Positions 52,481-64,000 of a stretch of DNA of 64,000 nt are shown piece by piece. The stretch's first letter is position 1. Every line of letters begins with the position of its first letter. The position numbers and the translations under genes were made by a program. Location: positions 62,001 through 126,000 of the forward strand of contig NIVC01001862.1 in the NCBI GenBank assembly GCA_002269645.1, given 5' to 3'. Source of the stretch: Macrostomum lignano. Lineage: Eukaryota. Under the pieces are notes generated by a model, which searched no databases, was not told where the DNA came from, and was given only the letters and a program-made list of their open reading frames with translations.

Positions 52481-54327
52481 TAAAGGGAGCATAATTAAAA
52501 AAGCATAATTAGGAAAAGCACAAGTTAGATTTTGCTTAGATTTTACCCTATTTTCTGTTGATTAAATTTTCTGATTATTTTGCAAGGAAAATGCTGAAAG
52601 TTGATCATAGTAGAAATGTTGTACTAAAATTAAAGAATTTTAATTTTTTAATTAGAAAAATTAAATAAATAAATTAGATAAATATTTTTAATTATTTAAT
52701 AATTTTGTTTTAAATAATTTAGTAAATTAGATAATTTAGTATTAGTATTGATTTATTATTACATTTTAAATTTTAATTTGTTTTTTTAATTTTAATTAAT
52801 TTTTAATTTGAAATTATTCAGATAGATATATGAAACTCATATATGAGCAAACTTGAAATCTTAATTCTTAATTCTTCAAAAACCTAATTCAGAATAATTC
52901 TTTTTAAAAAATTTCCAGAAAATATATTCAAATATGTATTTGGTTTACTTTTCCAATAATTCTTAATTACTTTTCCTATCTCAGCTGAAAAATACTTTTT
53001 TGGACTTAAACATTTGTGCTATAGCTTTCAAGCACAGCTACAGTAAGGCTACAGCTTATAAGCTTTTTCGTTATAAATTTTTACATCATTGTTAATCATT
53101 AATCATTCACATTAATTAATATCACGCATGATTAATGTGTAAATGTGTACGTATAAAGACAAAAAATTGTCGAATGCAAAAAATTAACTCTGTTAACAGA
53201 ACTTCAAGTACTAACTTAAATAACTGATTTCTGCTTTTTACTTAAGCAGCTTCTGTAATTGTTTCGTTACATATTTTACATATATGCCAAAAAATCCAAA
53301 TTCCAAGCCTTAGCACATGATGGACAGACAGTTCATTGTTAATTGTCAAAACGCAGTTTCTGTAATTTTCTTGACGTCACTCCGCAGTATATTTTTTATA
53401 TCTTATTGTAAGTAGCATGAACTGATTTTTTTCTATTATTAGTCTGCGATTGATAAATGAATTGTTTAATATTCAGCAGTTTATTTTTATCAATATCATT
53501 ATTCTTGAATGCGCTTTGCTGCGATTCTGCTGATTTTTTATTTTATAATACAATTTGAGAAAGAAGGATTATATAATTAATTTTGCGAAATAAAAATAAA
53601 TAAAAACGAATAACGAATAAGAATCTTTGTTTTCCAACGTAACGACAGTCTAATAAAAGTCTCGTGCGCAAAATTTGAGTCACTTTATCGAATGCTTTAA
53701 TCCTCTGCGATATGCTTTTTTAATTTGAAACTTTACAACCCAAGATTTCCTGCTCAAATTTATCACGGGGAGCACCAATAAAAGTTCCAACAACACTTTA
53801 AAATATTTTTCTCGTAATGATGACGACGCCCTTTTTCCAAATTCCGCGCTAGCACATGGGCTATGAACCTACTTGTTTACTAACAGTGGGCTAAGGGCAT
53901 TTTTTATCCTTTTTCTGCAAAGTAACATAGAATTTATACTAAATATATGGTTTGGTCATACTAGTAGTCATAATAACAGGCGTAACTTTTTGGGTCATAA
54001 ATCATCGCTTTCAAAGTCGGTCTGACAGCCACCTGCGCCTCACTCAGTGTTGAGGCTGGCGCCAGATGGTCTGAGGGGATGCGAATAGCAGCTTTTTTCT
54101 CATCATTTTTGACAGGCCATCAGATTTATGAGGTCAGAGCCTATTGTTCGGGTTCACTCAAGCGTGTGACAGCTTTGACAGCTATGCGTTTTACCCCTAA
54201 AAGTACTTTGGAATTAGCGATTACCGATTTCTCTTCATTATCTTCACTTTCTATTTAATAAGAGCTTTCTAATGTATATTTTTTCATTAATTTCTGTCAA
54301 TCCTACGCGAAAAGTCATAAATCATTT

Positions 54328-54966
54328 TGTTGCGATTTTGATTGATTTATGGCCGCACCTGTCATCTTTTTGCGACCCTGTGGGAACTGATAGGATCTCC
54401 CGGTCACGTGATTCTGGGTGGCAACAAGCTTAGCCAATCAGAAAATTCGGCGCTCATTTTAACAAAGCGGCTCAGCCAATCAGAATCGACGTGTTCCACT
54501 ATAACAAACTGCGGTCCAGTTGGCGGCTATTTAAACCGGTGTTTTAGGCCCGCTCGGGCCGCACGCCTCCTTGCGACCGGTTGACGCTTATCCCCACCGG
54601 CCAAGAACTGACCGTCGTTTCTTGATCCCCGGACTGCGACTTCCCCCCATCATCATCAAGGACGAATTCCCCCGGTCATCAGCAGTGAACATCAAAGTGA
54701 AGAGCATCAACTGCTAGCTATCTGCGAAGGTTGTGTCAGCATCATCCCGAGTCTACAGCTGCGAAGCATCGAGCCGATTCGGTCGCTGTGGATTACCTGG
54801 TCTCCGGCTGTTGAGTTTCTGATTGGTTGGGTGAGAGGCTATACCTAGACTTGCTTGATTGGGTGATTCCCTATCTGTCCCCTGTTTCAGTAGTTGGATT
54901 AGGCGCACACTTTTGCTTATTTTGTTCAGTAGTGCTGTTATTGTTAGACTGAGACTGGCGGAAACA
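54328..54966 (+). mobile_element. possible solo LTR / promoter-like island
   Basis: Begins TGTTGCG, ends CGGAAACA. Two AGCCAATCAG boxes (about 54431 and 54474), an E-box GTCACGTGA and a TATA-like CTATTTAAA near 54527. No clean TSD. Confidence 0.3.
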
Positions 54967-55916
54967 TTTTGAATAAATAAAACAAATAAATCTGCTTCAA
55001 ATGCATTATTCGACAAATATAAGCTAAAGACAGATGAAAACGACAGATTTAGAGTCGAAAATATTTATAAAAAGTTGTTTTTGTAAAATAATTCGGAGTA
55101 CGCTCGTAAGACTTGAAAAACACTGCAGTAAAGAAATAATTCCATTAAATCAAAAGTTACTAAAAATTCTTAAAGGCGCTTGTTTTGATTATTTTAGCAA
55201 AGTGCAGGTATACTTTCTATAATAAAATAACTAACTTGTTGAAAGATTTTTTGTATATAATTATTTTCTGTCAAATTCTGCTAACCTAAACTTTATTCTT
55301 GCAGTTAGAGAGCAGAAGCTTGGGTAAAATCTGAGCACAAACTTATAGTCTTTGGTAATCCTCGTATGCTCCCTCTAATAGCTTTGGTAATCGCCGATTA
55401 GAAACATGTTACTAAGTAAAGACTTCTACAACTTCCACAAACGCTTTAATTGAAGCTCTGAGTATACAGGCCTAAAAATGGTCTTAGGCAGTTGCCCCTA
55501 GCCTAGTTTCGTAAAATCTGTCAGGGTAAGCCTTGCTTACCATAGCCGACTAGAACGGTCTGTGGTCAACCATAGACTTCTGGTGCTCCCCTAGATGTGC
55601 AGGAGATGTTGGATAAAGTTTCAATTTAAAAAAGTGGAGGATTAAAGTATTTCAATGACTCAAGTAGAGACAAAATGGAAACTCTAAGCAAAATTCATCA
55701 GACATGTCGCAAGCCAGAATGCAACCGCCATGAGCTCGAGCCGATTCTCAAATAATCTGCCTTTATTTTAACCCAATTGTCTTTTTGAAACATATTTTGG
55801 AAAATGAGAAACCAACTTTAAAGCTGCAAGCTGCATTTACAGCCTAAGGAAAGAATTAAAGTTTTATGATAGAACTAAATTGTACCATAAAATTCAGAAT
55901 AAAATCAGAGACTTCT

Positions 55917-56103
55917 ACATTAGAGGCTGTCGGATGAGATTAGAGGCTGTCGGATGGGATTAGAGGCTGTCGGATGTGATTAGAGGCTGTCGGATGGGAT
56001 TAGAGGCTGTCGGATGGGATTATAGGCTGTCGGATGGGATTATAGACTTTCGGATGGGATTAAAGAGTGTCGGATGAGATTACAGACTGTCGGATGGGAT
56101 TAG
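55917..56103. repeat. 20-bp minisatellite (TAGAGGCTGTCGGATGGGAT)n, left part
   Basis: About 9 copies. Confidence 0.93.
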
Positions 56104-57418
56104 AAGTTCTCTTTCTCTGTGTATCTTGAGGTGCTTTTTCACTAGGTATTTCTCGTTATTAAAGCTTTGGGAAAGTTTATCTTCAGTTAGTGCTTTTAAG
56201 TCTATACTTTCCAGTTTCTTTAGTACATTCGTTTTCCATGGATTTTTTTGGCTGGTGTTTGAGTAGAAAATTTCTAGTGTCGTTTGGCAAAGTTTTTGGT
56301 GTCTAATCTTCAGCCAGTAGGTAAGGTAGGTTTTAGCGATTCGTTGGGAGATTGGAGTAAGCTCAAGTTCTGATGATATCACACTGTTGCTAGCAAATTT
56401 TGGTAGATTGAGGAGATATTTGTAGAATTTCAGCTGAATGTTATCAATAGCTTTTGTTTCAGACATGGTAGCCAGAGGGCCCCAGAGCTCACAGCCGTAC
56501 GTGATAACGGGGGTAACAAGCGCGTCGAATAGTCTGCGAATGAGTGTGATGTCTAGGGACGTATTCTTTACCCTATGGAGTAGGGAAAACATGGCTGTAT
56601 ATCCCTGCTTAGTTTGATGTTCAATACATTTTTAAAGCTGTTTTTTGGTTCAAAAATAATTCCCAGGTATTTAAATTCATTTACTTCCTCTATTTCTTGG
56701 TTGTCGTAGATTTTTTTTGTAGCAAAGCTTTCTGTGTCGTTTTTTTGTCTGGTATTGCCCTGCATAAACTTTGTTTTGCTTGCGTTTACTTTCAAGTAAT
56801 TTTGTTTGCAGTAATTTTCCATAGTCGTAAATGTCTTGGAGTTTGTCTTTGTTTTTAGCTAGAATGGCTTGGTCGTCCGCAAAGAGCAGGATGAGTGGGA
56901 AAGCAGATCTCGTAAGAGAGCGCCTAGCGCTAGAGAGTTCAAGATATTCAACAATGTCGTCAATATATAGTTCAAAAAGGATGGTAGAGAGAGGGTTGCC
57001 TTGAAGAACACCTTTAGATATTGGGATTGGCTGGGTTTCATCATCATCATCATCTTTTTTTAGAATGAAGCAGGAATTTTTATGCATGTTCTTGATAAGT
57101 TCCGTCATTTGACCTTTAATACCCTGTTTATCCGTTTTGTGCCAAAGGGTCGGTTGATTTAAGCTATCGAAGGCTTTTTCATAGTCAACAAACCCAATAA
57201 AGAGTTCTTCTTTGTTGTAGATGGATTGGTTTATAATGTTGTAAAGATTATAAAACATTGGTCGATTGTGCTGTGATTGGGCTTGAAACCGTATTGGTAT
57301 TTTGATATAAGATTGTTAGCGTATGCTAGGTTTTCGAGTCTGGATTTAATAATTTGGCAAAAGAGCTTGCCAAAAATTGATTGAATGCAGATTCCTCTGT
57401 AATTGTTGGGGTCGGCAC
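56104..57418 (-). pseudogene. frameshifted internal fragment of an RTEX-like non-LTR reverse transcriptase
   Basis: DPNNYRGICIQS..QYGFKPNHST, FVDYEKAFDSL, GVLQGNPLS, LFADD, FKYLG, YGCELWG..SNSVISSEL spread over several frames; truncated at both ends. Confidence 0.88.
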
Positions 57419-57517
57419 TAGAGACTGTCGGATGGGCATAGAGGCTGTCGGATGAGATTAGAGACTGTCGGATGGGATTAGAGACTGTCGGATGGGCATA
57501 GAGGCTGTCGGATGAGA
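57419..57517. repeat. 20-bp minisatellite (TAGAGACTGTCGGATGGGAT)n, right part
   Basis: About 5 copies, same unit and orientation as 55917-56103. Confidence 0.92.
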
Positions 57518-59837
57518 ATTTGCATTATAATAGAATTTGCTATATAGCGTGCCGGCGTGGTTAGGGAAACATTTTCGAAACAGAGTTTCATAGAAATATA
57601 CGAGCATACAATTCAAATTAGGAGAAAAATTCAATTTAAACTTCTATCATTTTAAGCGAATATCAAGCAAATATGCGTTTCGCTTCTTTCTGCATTGGCA
57701 CTTATATATTTAATTTATTTAGGCAAAGATGATCTTTTTCCAGGCAACGTATACAAGAAAGATCAACAGAAGATCATTTCCCATGCTAGCCTGGAGATTA
57801 TTTCATCTTTTTCCCAGCCTAGCCTACTGCCGTCGTGTGTATTTACACCTAATTATACTACAAATCATTTTTTGTTTAACACAAGAGCATCTACACGTAC
57901 ATGTATGTAGCTAGTCAGAATGTAGCCGGAAGTAGGCACTTGACAAAAAAATACAGCCCTGATTCAATCTTATATTATCTGTTTAGATATATTTACAATA
58001 TTTACATCGCCAATGCCTTTTTTGGACCTGGCTGGAAATGTTGGGAAATAATACTGATAAGAATCTTCGTGTAATAAAGAGCATACTAAGAGTATAACTA
58101 TTGATAAATGATGCGATAAACAAAATGGTCCTGCACCTTGCATTATAACTAGATATATATGACCGTCACCGATATCAAATTGACGCGGGCTATTAAACTG
58201 TACGTTGCACAGAGTGCAAGTATCGCGCAGTTGTGATTGCTGTGTGATTGATAAAAAATTATGCACTATGAAAATACCTGCCGTAGTTCGAACTTCAAAC
58301 TATAGCCACTTCCAATAACTAGAATTTACGAAAATACGAGCCGTATAATTTACGAGCAAACGACAGTGCTAAATTAAGTCACTTTTACTATTATACAGCT
58401 TCATGTGTGTACTACTCAACCGAAAAGTACATGTATGCCCTAAAGCGCACACTATCACAAATTAGATTAGCAAACCATAAACTCGCCGGAGAACAGAATC
58501 TTATCTTTACGTCTTACTGATGGGTTTCGACCTTCGGGCCCCCTTGTGGGGAAGCCTTCGGGCCTCAGGTCTCAGAAATAAGTCAATTAGAGTCCTGGCC
58601 CCGCCACTCCTGTCAGATGGTCATGCAGCCCCATGGTAGCTTGATCGTGTGGCGAGCAGTCTAGGTCCTATAGCTAAGAGAGGGACAGCGAGAGACGAGC
58701 AGGGAGAATTTCGAAGGTAGAAATTAGCTAACCCGCAGATCAACTAACTCGCTGCCACCAGCCCGTGCGCCCTGGCTCACCACACCGGGACTCTCGAAAT
58801 CGGGCTTCCGACTAGAAGGGGCTTTGCACTTACCTGCCAACTAGTGTCTTTTTGCTGTCAATCTCGAAGTCATAGCCGATGATAAGGGACACTGCTGGGA
58901 CTAGATCGCATTGGCCATGCAGGTACAGAGGGGACTTGTGCAGGGGATTCTTGCAGTGGCGAGACTATTGGGTAGCTACATGTAATATTACATTGCTAAA
59001 TACGAAGATATGTACTTTTGGTCTTCAACGCGCCAACCAGCCTCTCCTAGCGCTGATGATAGGCTAACTCGAACATCAGAGACCGCATGATTCACCACCC
59101 GAGCCGCTTGGCTAACCTAGAGTGCACCAAGTACATCTCTGGCGCCGATTCTGCACTATTGGCAATTTCGCTAACTGATTAGATGGATTGATCGACTGAG
59201 AACTGCCTTGCCATTGGTCCACTGTGACCGGCGCCTACTAGCTTAGCAACTCATCTGAGCCATCGGCGAACAAAGAAATAAAGCCGACAAAGATAACTGT
59301 TAGATTTAACCTTCTCCTTAGATCACTTCACACCTCAGATTGAATTGGAGTTTTAGACTACTAGCAGTATTATTGAATCATTTCTGCCTCAGTACTTTTT
59401 GGGCGTTAAAACTTGGCCATAGCTAGCCTCTCTACATTAATATATATGCTTATAATCAATTTTTCAATAGTCTGCCGTTAAGTAAATGCATAGCATCTGC
59501 TTATACGTATACTATATTAATAATTTTTATTAACTATTCATAAATGCGATGAGATGGTGCTGATTTTTTGATAAGACAAACTAATTGATATAGCGTAAGA
59601 AATAATATACGGAAGAAGTAGTGAAGGATTTTTTCCGACGTAACGGTAACAAGAGTTACATGTAAAATAATATCTCGTACGCAAAAGAGTATTTGAGGAA
59701 TTGGTTCGAGTAAATTTTTTGGTACCAACAACTATGAGACGCAGTTGCGTTCTGCCTTGTGTGATGTCTTTCGATGAATTTTGCTTAGAATTTCCATTGT
59801 GTCTAAGTCATTAGGTAAATTATTTTATCCTCTGCAG

Positions 59838-61005
59838 CAGGGGCGTCGCCACCAGCCTGGGGGACATGTTCCCCAGTAGCTATAAAAGCTATGGGGGACA
59901 TGCCAATGCTTTGTCCCCCCCCACCCAGCTTGTGACCTGTTATGGAAATCAATAACTATGCTCTAGGGCGACAAAATATAGCGCATGCAGGGGATGCAGC
60001 GCCAAAATGAGCGCTAATGGGGCAGGCCCAATATTCTTATACTTATGCCATTTTAAATTTACGCCAAATTTCTTAGTTACCGAATTATTTTGTTTAAATG
60101 AAACATTTGTTATAGCGAAGAAAAATTATTTTGTTTAAATTGATGGAGTAATATTTTGTTTAAACACGTCCCGCGCACCCGTCCTCCCCCCAGTAAAAAC
60201 CTATAAATACAAGCGTTTTCGGGCTTTAAAACTCCGCCCGCCGTTTCCTTGATTCGGTTAAGAAAAGCAAAACGTGTTGTCTTAGTCACTGGAAAGCAAG
60301 ACAGGAGAGAAAGCTGTTAGAAGCAAGAAAAGCAGTAAGAGGCCAGAGAAGCTGTAAGAAGCCAGAAAAGGCCGTAAGAGGCCAGGAAAGCTGTAAGAAG
60401 CCAGAAAAGCCGCAAGAGGCCAAGAAAACTGTAAGAAGCCAGAAAAAGCCGTAAGAGGCCAGGAAAGCTGTGAGAAGCCAGAAATAGACGGTTGACGAGT
60501 CGGGCAACTCCTTCCCAGGGAGCCCGCAACTAAATATAGGGAATTAATAGTAGTAATAATAATAGTGGTGAAATTCATAACTACATGTAGACCAGTGTTT
60601 GCCGCTCGACACTGCTACCAGGGCGACTTGCATAGATTCAAGGAGTCCTTAGATTAGAATTCTAGACTTAATGTTTTCTAAGAAACAATAGTTGACTAAG
60701 TAATTTTATGGAGTAATAACTATTCTAAATTATAACAACTTGGTTACAGCAGTGGGATTTTAACAGACAGAAATATCCCCTACGACAACTTGGTGACATT
60801 GGTAGGATAATCTAAAATAATTAAACACCCCCTGGCCCTGGTACAACTTGGTGGCATAGTGGAATAAAAATACAATAATAGTAACGACCCCTACAACACT
60901 AACAACACCGAATCTGAAAGTAATGTACATGTATGAATTTAGTTTAGTTATGTGTACAATTCTTGGCTTTGTTCCCCTAACATAAAATCCATGGCAACGT
61001 CCCTG
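59838..61005. mobile_element. hAT-type MITE, 1168 bp, with an internal degenerate AAGAGGCCAG/AAGAAGCCAG tandem repeat at about 60300-60482
   Basis: 8-bp TSD CTCTGCAG (59830-59837, 61006-61013). TIRs CAGGGGCGTCGCCA / CAGGGACGTTGCCA. Confidence 0.85.
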
Positions 61006-62473
61006 CTCTGCAGTAATGTTTTTTTAATTTGAAATTAAAGCACTACATGTATTACAAGTTCTAACAAGTCAACAACTACACCGAGAAACGGCCAGTTTAT
61101 GGTTTACTGAAATCTAAAGTGTGACATGGTGTGCACTTTAATTCTGGATTGGAAATTTCTCGGACACTTTTTCTGTTGAGTATAGTACTATTTTGAAGCT
61201 GCTGTACTAGAAGTGACTTTACTTTGCAGAGTTCGATCTGCACTGTTTGTCTCCATTGTCTCAAAAATTCTAGTTAATTGTAAGTTGCTAGGTTTGTTGC
61301 TAGGCGCATTACAATTACAAGCGTAATTAATTGCGTTATCTTTGGTTGGTTTGCTTTTTTCAAAAATAATGCATAACGTATATACGATAACTAAACTACA
61401 TAAAGTCCGTATATTACATTCAGTAATCAGGACTAGACTGACTACAAACAGTGAAATCGCTTCATTATTGAGCATTTCAGAGTAGAGGCTTAAGCCACGT
61501 GGACAAAGACCCCATTCATCACTAATCCCTCCCACATTAGGACTGGATTCGTTTTCCTCAAACCCCCACAAAAAGAAGGCCCCCCGTCTGGGGTTGCGCC
61601 CGCTTGTTTAATGGAGACTGATGAAGACTGTGGGTGCTGGGTTGAGGAGCAAGAGGGGTGGGGGTTTGGAGGGGAAGAAACAGTGAGGCGGAGCTGAATT
61701 TTATTATCGATCCGAGAGCGGCAGAGACATAAAATGAAGGTCTTCCCCATTTCCTTTTTATTTACGAGCGCTCTGAAAAGGCCGGTTCAGACCTTTATGT
61801 ACACATAGCCTCCCACTCGTTAATGTACATTAGTCTACAAGCCCCCAGTAAGAAAGAAAGAGGCCTCCAATGTACACTGCCAACCTCCACTCCCCAAAAC
61901 GAAAGACCCCCCGCTTGAACCCCCCCCCACGCGCTGTGTCTGGTTGGGGTGGGGCCGGTAAACGACTTTATTTTAGAACTGGGGCTGTCCAAAACCCGAG
62001 AAGACCTCGATTTAGACCGAACACAGTTCAGGCCTCACCCTGCACGCACGCCATCACGTGCTTTTTCAGTTTTTTCTCTAATTTCTCTTTACTTACTTGC
62101 ACGCTTGTTGAAGCCTGCGCAAGCTTGCACTGTTTGGACTGGACTACGAATTTATTCATTCACGGCCATGCCTTTGTTGTAGCAGCAGACAGCAGCCAGA
62201 GAACTGAGAACTGCATTTTCCGGTTCATGATTTTTTATTAACAAAACGCGGTCATCTCTCATCTGTAGATTGTCATTAGTGCTTAATCAATTTAATTTAG
62301 CCTAATTATTTTATTGCATTTTTATTGTTAGTTCAATTTTATTATAGTTTAGTAACTATACTGCGTGTGCCGATTCAACGAAGTGCTAAAAAGATAAAGA
62401 AGCGTTTGAAATGTCTGCCATGGTTCACCATGTCGTAAGCACATTTTATGATTGAATCTTATCAATTCTTTAA

Positions 62474-62535
62474 TTCTACGACTATGCAATTCTACGACTA
62501 TGCAATTCTACGACTATGCAATTCTACGACTATGG
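62474..62535. repeat. 16-bp tandem repeat (ATTCTACGACTATGCA)x4
   Basis: Direct reading. Confidence 0.85.
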
Positions 62536-62587
62536 CATCCGTGGTTTCAAATGCGTCATGACGCATGCTTTTGAAATCTAGAATATT

Positions 62588-62740
62588 GTGTCTGTCTATG
62601 TGTCTGTCTGTCTGTCTGTCTATGTGTCTGTCTGTCTGTCTGTCTGTCTATGTGTCTGTCTGTCTGTCTATGTGTCTGTCTGTCTGTCTGTCTGTCTATG
62701 TGTCTGTCTGTCTGTCTATGTGTCTGTCTGTCTGTCTATG

Positions 62741-62789
<49 letters not shown>

Positions 62790-62963
62790 TATGTGTCTTT
62801 CTGTCTGTCGTCTGTCTGTCTTATGTGTCTTTCTGTCTGTCGTCTGTCTGTCTGTCTGTCGTCTGTCTGTCTGTCTGTCTTAGTGGCTGTCTGTCTGTAT
62901 GTCTTAGTGAATGTCTGTCTGTCTTAGTGTCTGTCTGTCTGTCTTTCTGTCTGTCGTCTGTCC

Positions 62964-63007
<44 letters not shown>

Positions 63008-63099
63008 TTCTGTGTCGGTCTTAGTGTCTGTCTGTCTGTGTCGGTCTTAGTGTCTGTCTGTCTGACTGTCTGACTGTCTTAGTGTCTGTCTGTCTGTCA

Positions 63100-63132
<33 letters not shown>

Positions 63133-63160
63133 TTTGGTATCTGCCTTAGTATCTGTCTGA
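62588..63160. repeat. (TCTG)n microsatellite with TATG / TTAG variants
   Basis: Direct reading; gives the 'SVCL' artefact ORFs. Confidence 0.96.
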
Positions 63161-63198
63161 CTCAACTACCCCTTATAATCATTGCCACTACCCCTCAG

Positions 63199-64000
63199 CC
63201 AATGTACTCAGCCAACGGCAGTACGTCCTCAGCCGTTGCAGTCCCCGGCAGCAGCGGCGGCACCAGTGTGGTTGTCACCGGCTCCCACCCATCTGGAAGT
63301 GTCATTCAACTGTCAGCTGTCCAGTCGATGCCGCAGATGCCTGCTGCGCTACCCACAGAGGCAGGCTTTCAAACTGCTTTAACCGCGGCGCCTATGGTGT
63401 CATATTGCACCCTGCCGCAGGGCACCATGACTCAGCATCATCAGCAGCATTATCAGCATCTAATCCAGCCTCCTCAGTCCCAGCATCACAATCCTCATCA
63501 TGAACAGCAGCAGCAGCAGCAACATCATATTCAGCTAGCTTCGTTCAAGCAAGATTCTTCTAGTGGCAACGTGACCGAATTTCTGGGAAACGTTCACAGC
63601 GGCCCGGTGCCGTACCAGCTGGTGACGGGTAGCAACGGTCAGACCTACATGATACGTGGGGATCAGCTTCATCTGCTTAGTCAGCAGCCGCAGTTGCTGG
63701 CTCAATTAATTGATTCTGCACAGACTCCTCAGGTGCTTCATCAGGCGCCGCCGCCGCCGCCTCTGCAGCAGGCTCCGCTGCCGTTGCCTCAGGGTCAGAC
63801 TCATGTGATCATGGCTGCTCATACTCAAGCTCCGGTGCCGCTTCCGCCAGTACAGCAGCAGCAGCAGCAACAGCAACAGCAAAGTCTGCTTCAAGCAAAA
63901 TTAGAAGCTTGCTCTCAAGATTCTACAGTCATAGTTAAACCGAACACTCCCCAGCCTCCTCCGATGATGATATCAGCGTCTATAGTTCCTCAGCCTACTC
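63199..64000 (+). CDS. Gln/Pro/His-rich coding exon of an unidentified (probably regulatory) protein, open past the window end
   Basis: After acceptor CCCCTCAG, the frame PMYSANGSTSSAVAVPG..QHHQQHYQHLIQPP..QQQQQQ..PVPYQLVTGSNGQTYMIRG..PPPPP..QQQQ is stop-free for 802 nt to position 64000. It is absent from the ORF track because it has no stop in the window. Confidence 0.75.

Noticed and set aside
58265-59801. Transib-like ends CACTATGAAAATAC / CACAATGGAAATTC
   Set aside because: There is no matching 5-bp TSD and no transposase remnant was recognised.

Overview
Eukaryotic (metazoan) genomic DNA. The compositional style (satellite-filled introns, long GATA/GACA tracts, GC-rich RTE-type retroelement, Q-rich exons) suggests a flatworm such as Macrostomum; this is inference only. 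Two multi-exon genes could be fully phased by hand: a CDKL1-like kinase (minus strand, 8 coding exons, 7564-19548) and a very-long-chain acyl-CoA dehydrogenase (ACADVL-like, plus strand, 8 confident exons 41488-49071, first exon unresolved). These are followed by an intronless RING/B-box-like/coiled-coil/propeller-like (TRIM-like) gene split by a -1 frameshift (49802-51642), and by a Q/P/H-rich coding exon that runs off the right edge (63199-64000). Almost every intron carries its own private minisatellite. Mobile elements: three tRNA-derived SINE copies, a 5'-truncated RTE-type LINE nested in a long-TIR element, an RTEX-like RT fragment embedded in a 20-bp array, two TSD-flanked hAT non-autonomous elements, a deleted mariner, a Tc1/pogo-like MITE and a possible solo LTR. 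Most long ORFs in the supplied track are repeat artefacts. Top leads: (1) an ACADVL intron satellite made of about 26 perfect GTCACGTGAC (CLEAR/E-box) palindromes; (2) a candidate ACADVL first exon lying inside a hAT element; (3) the frameshifted TRIM-like gene just downstream of ACADVL.
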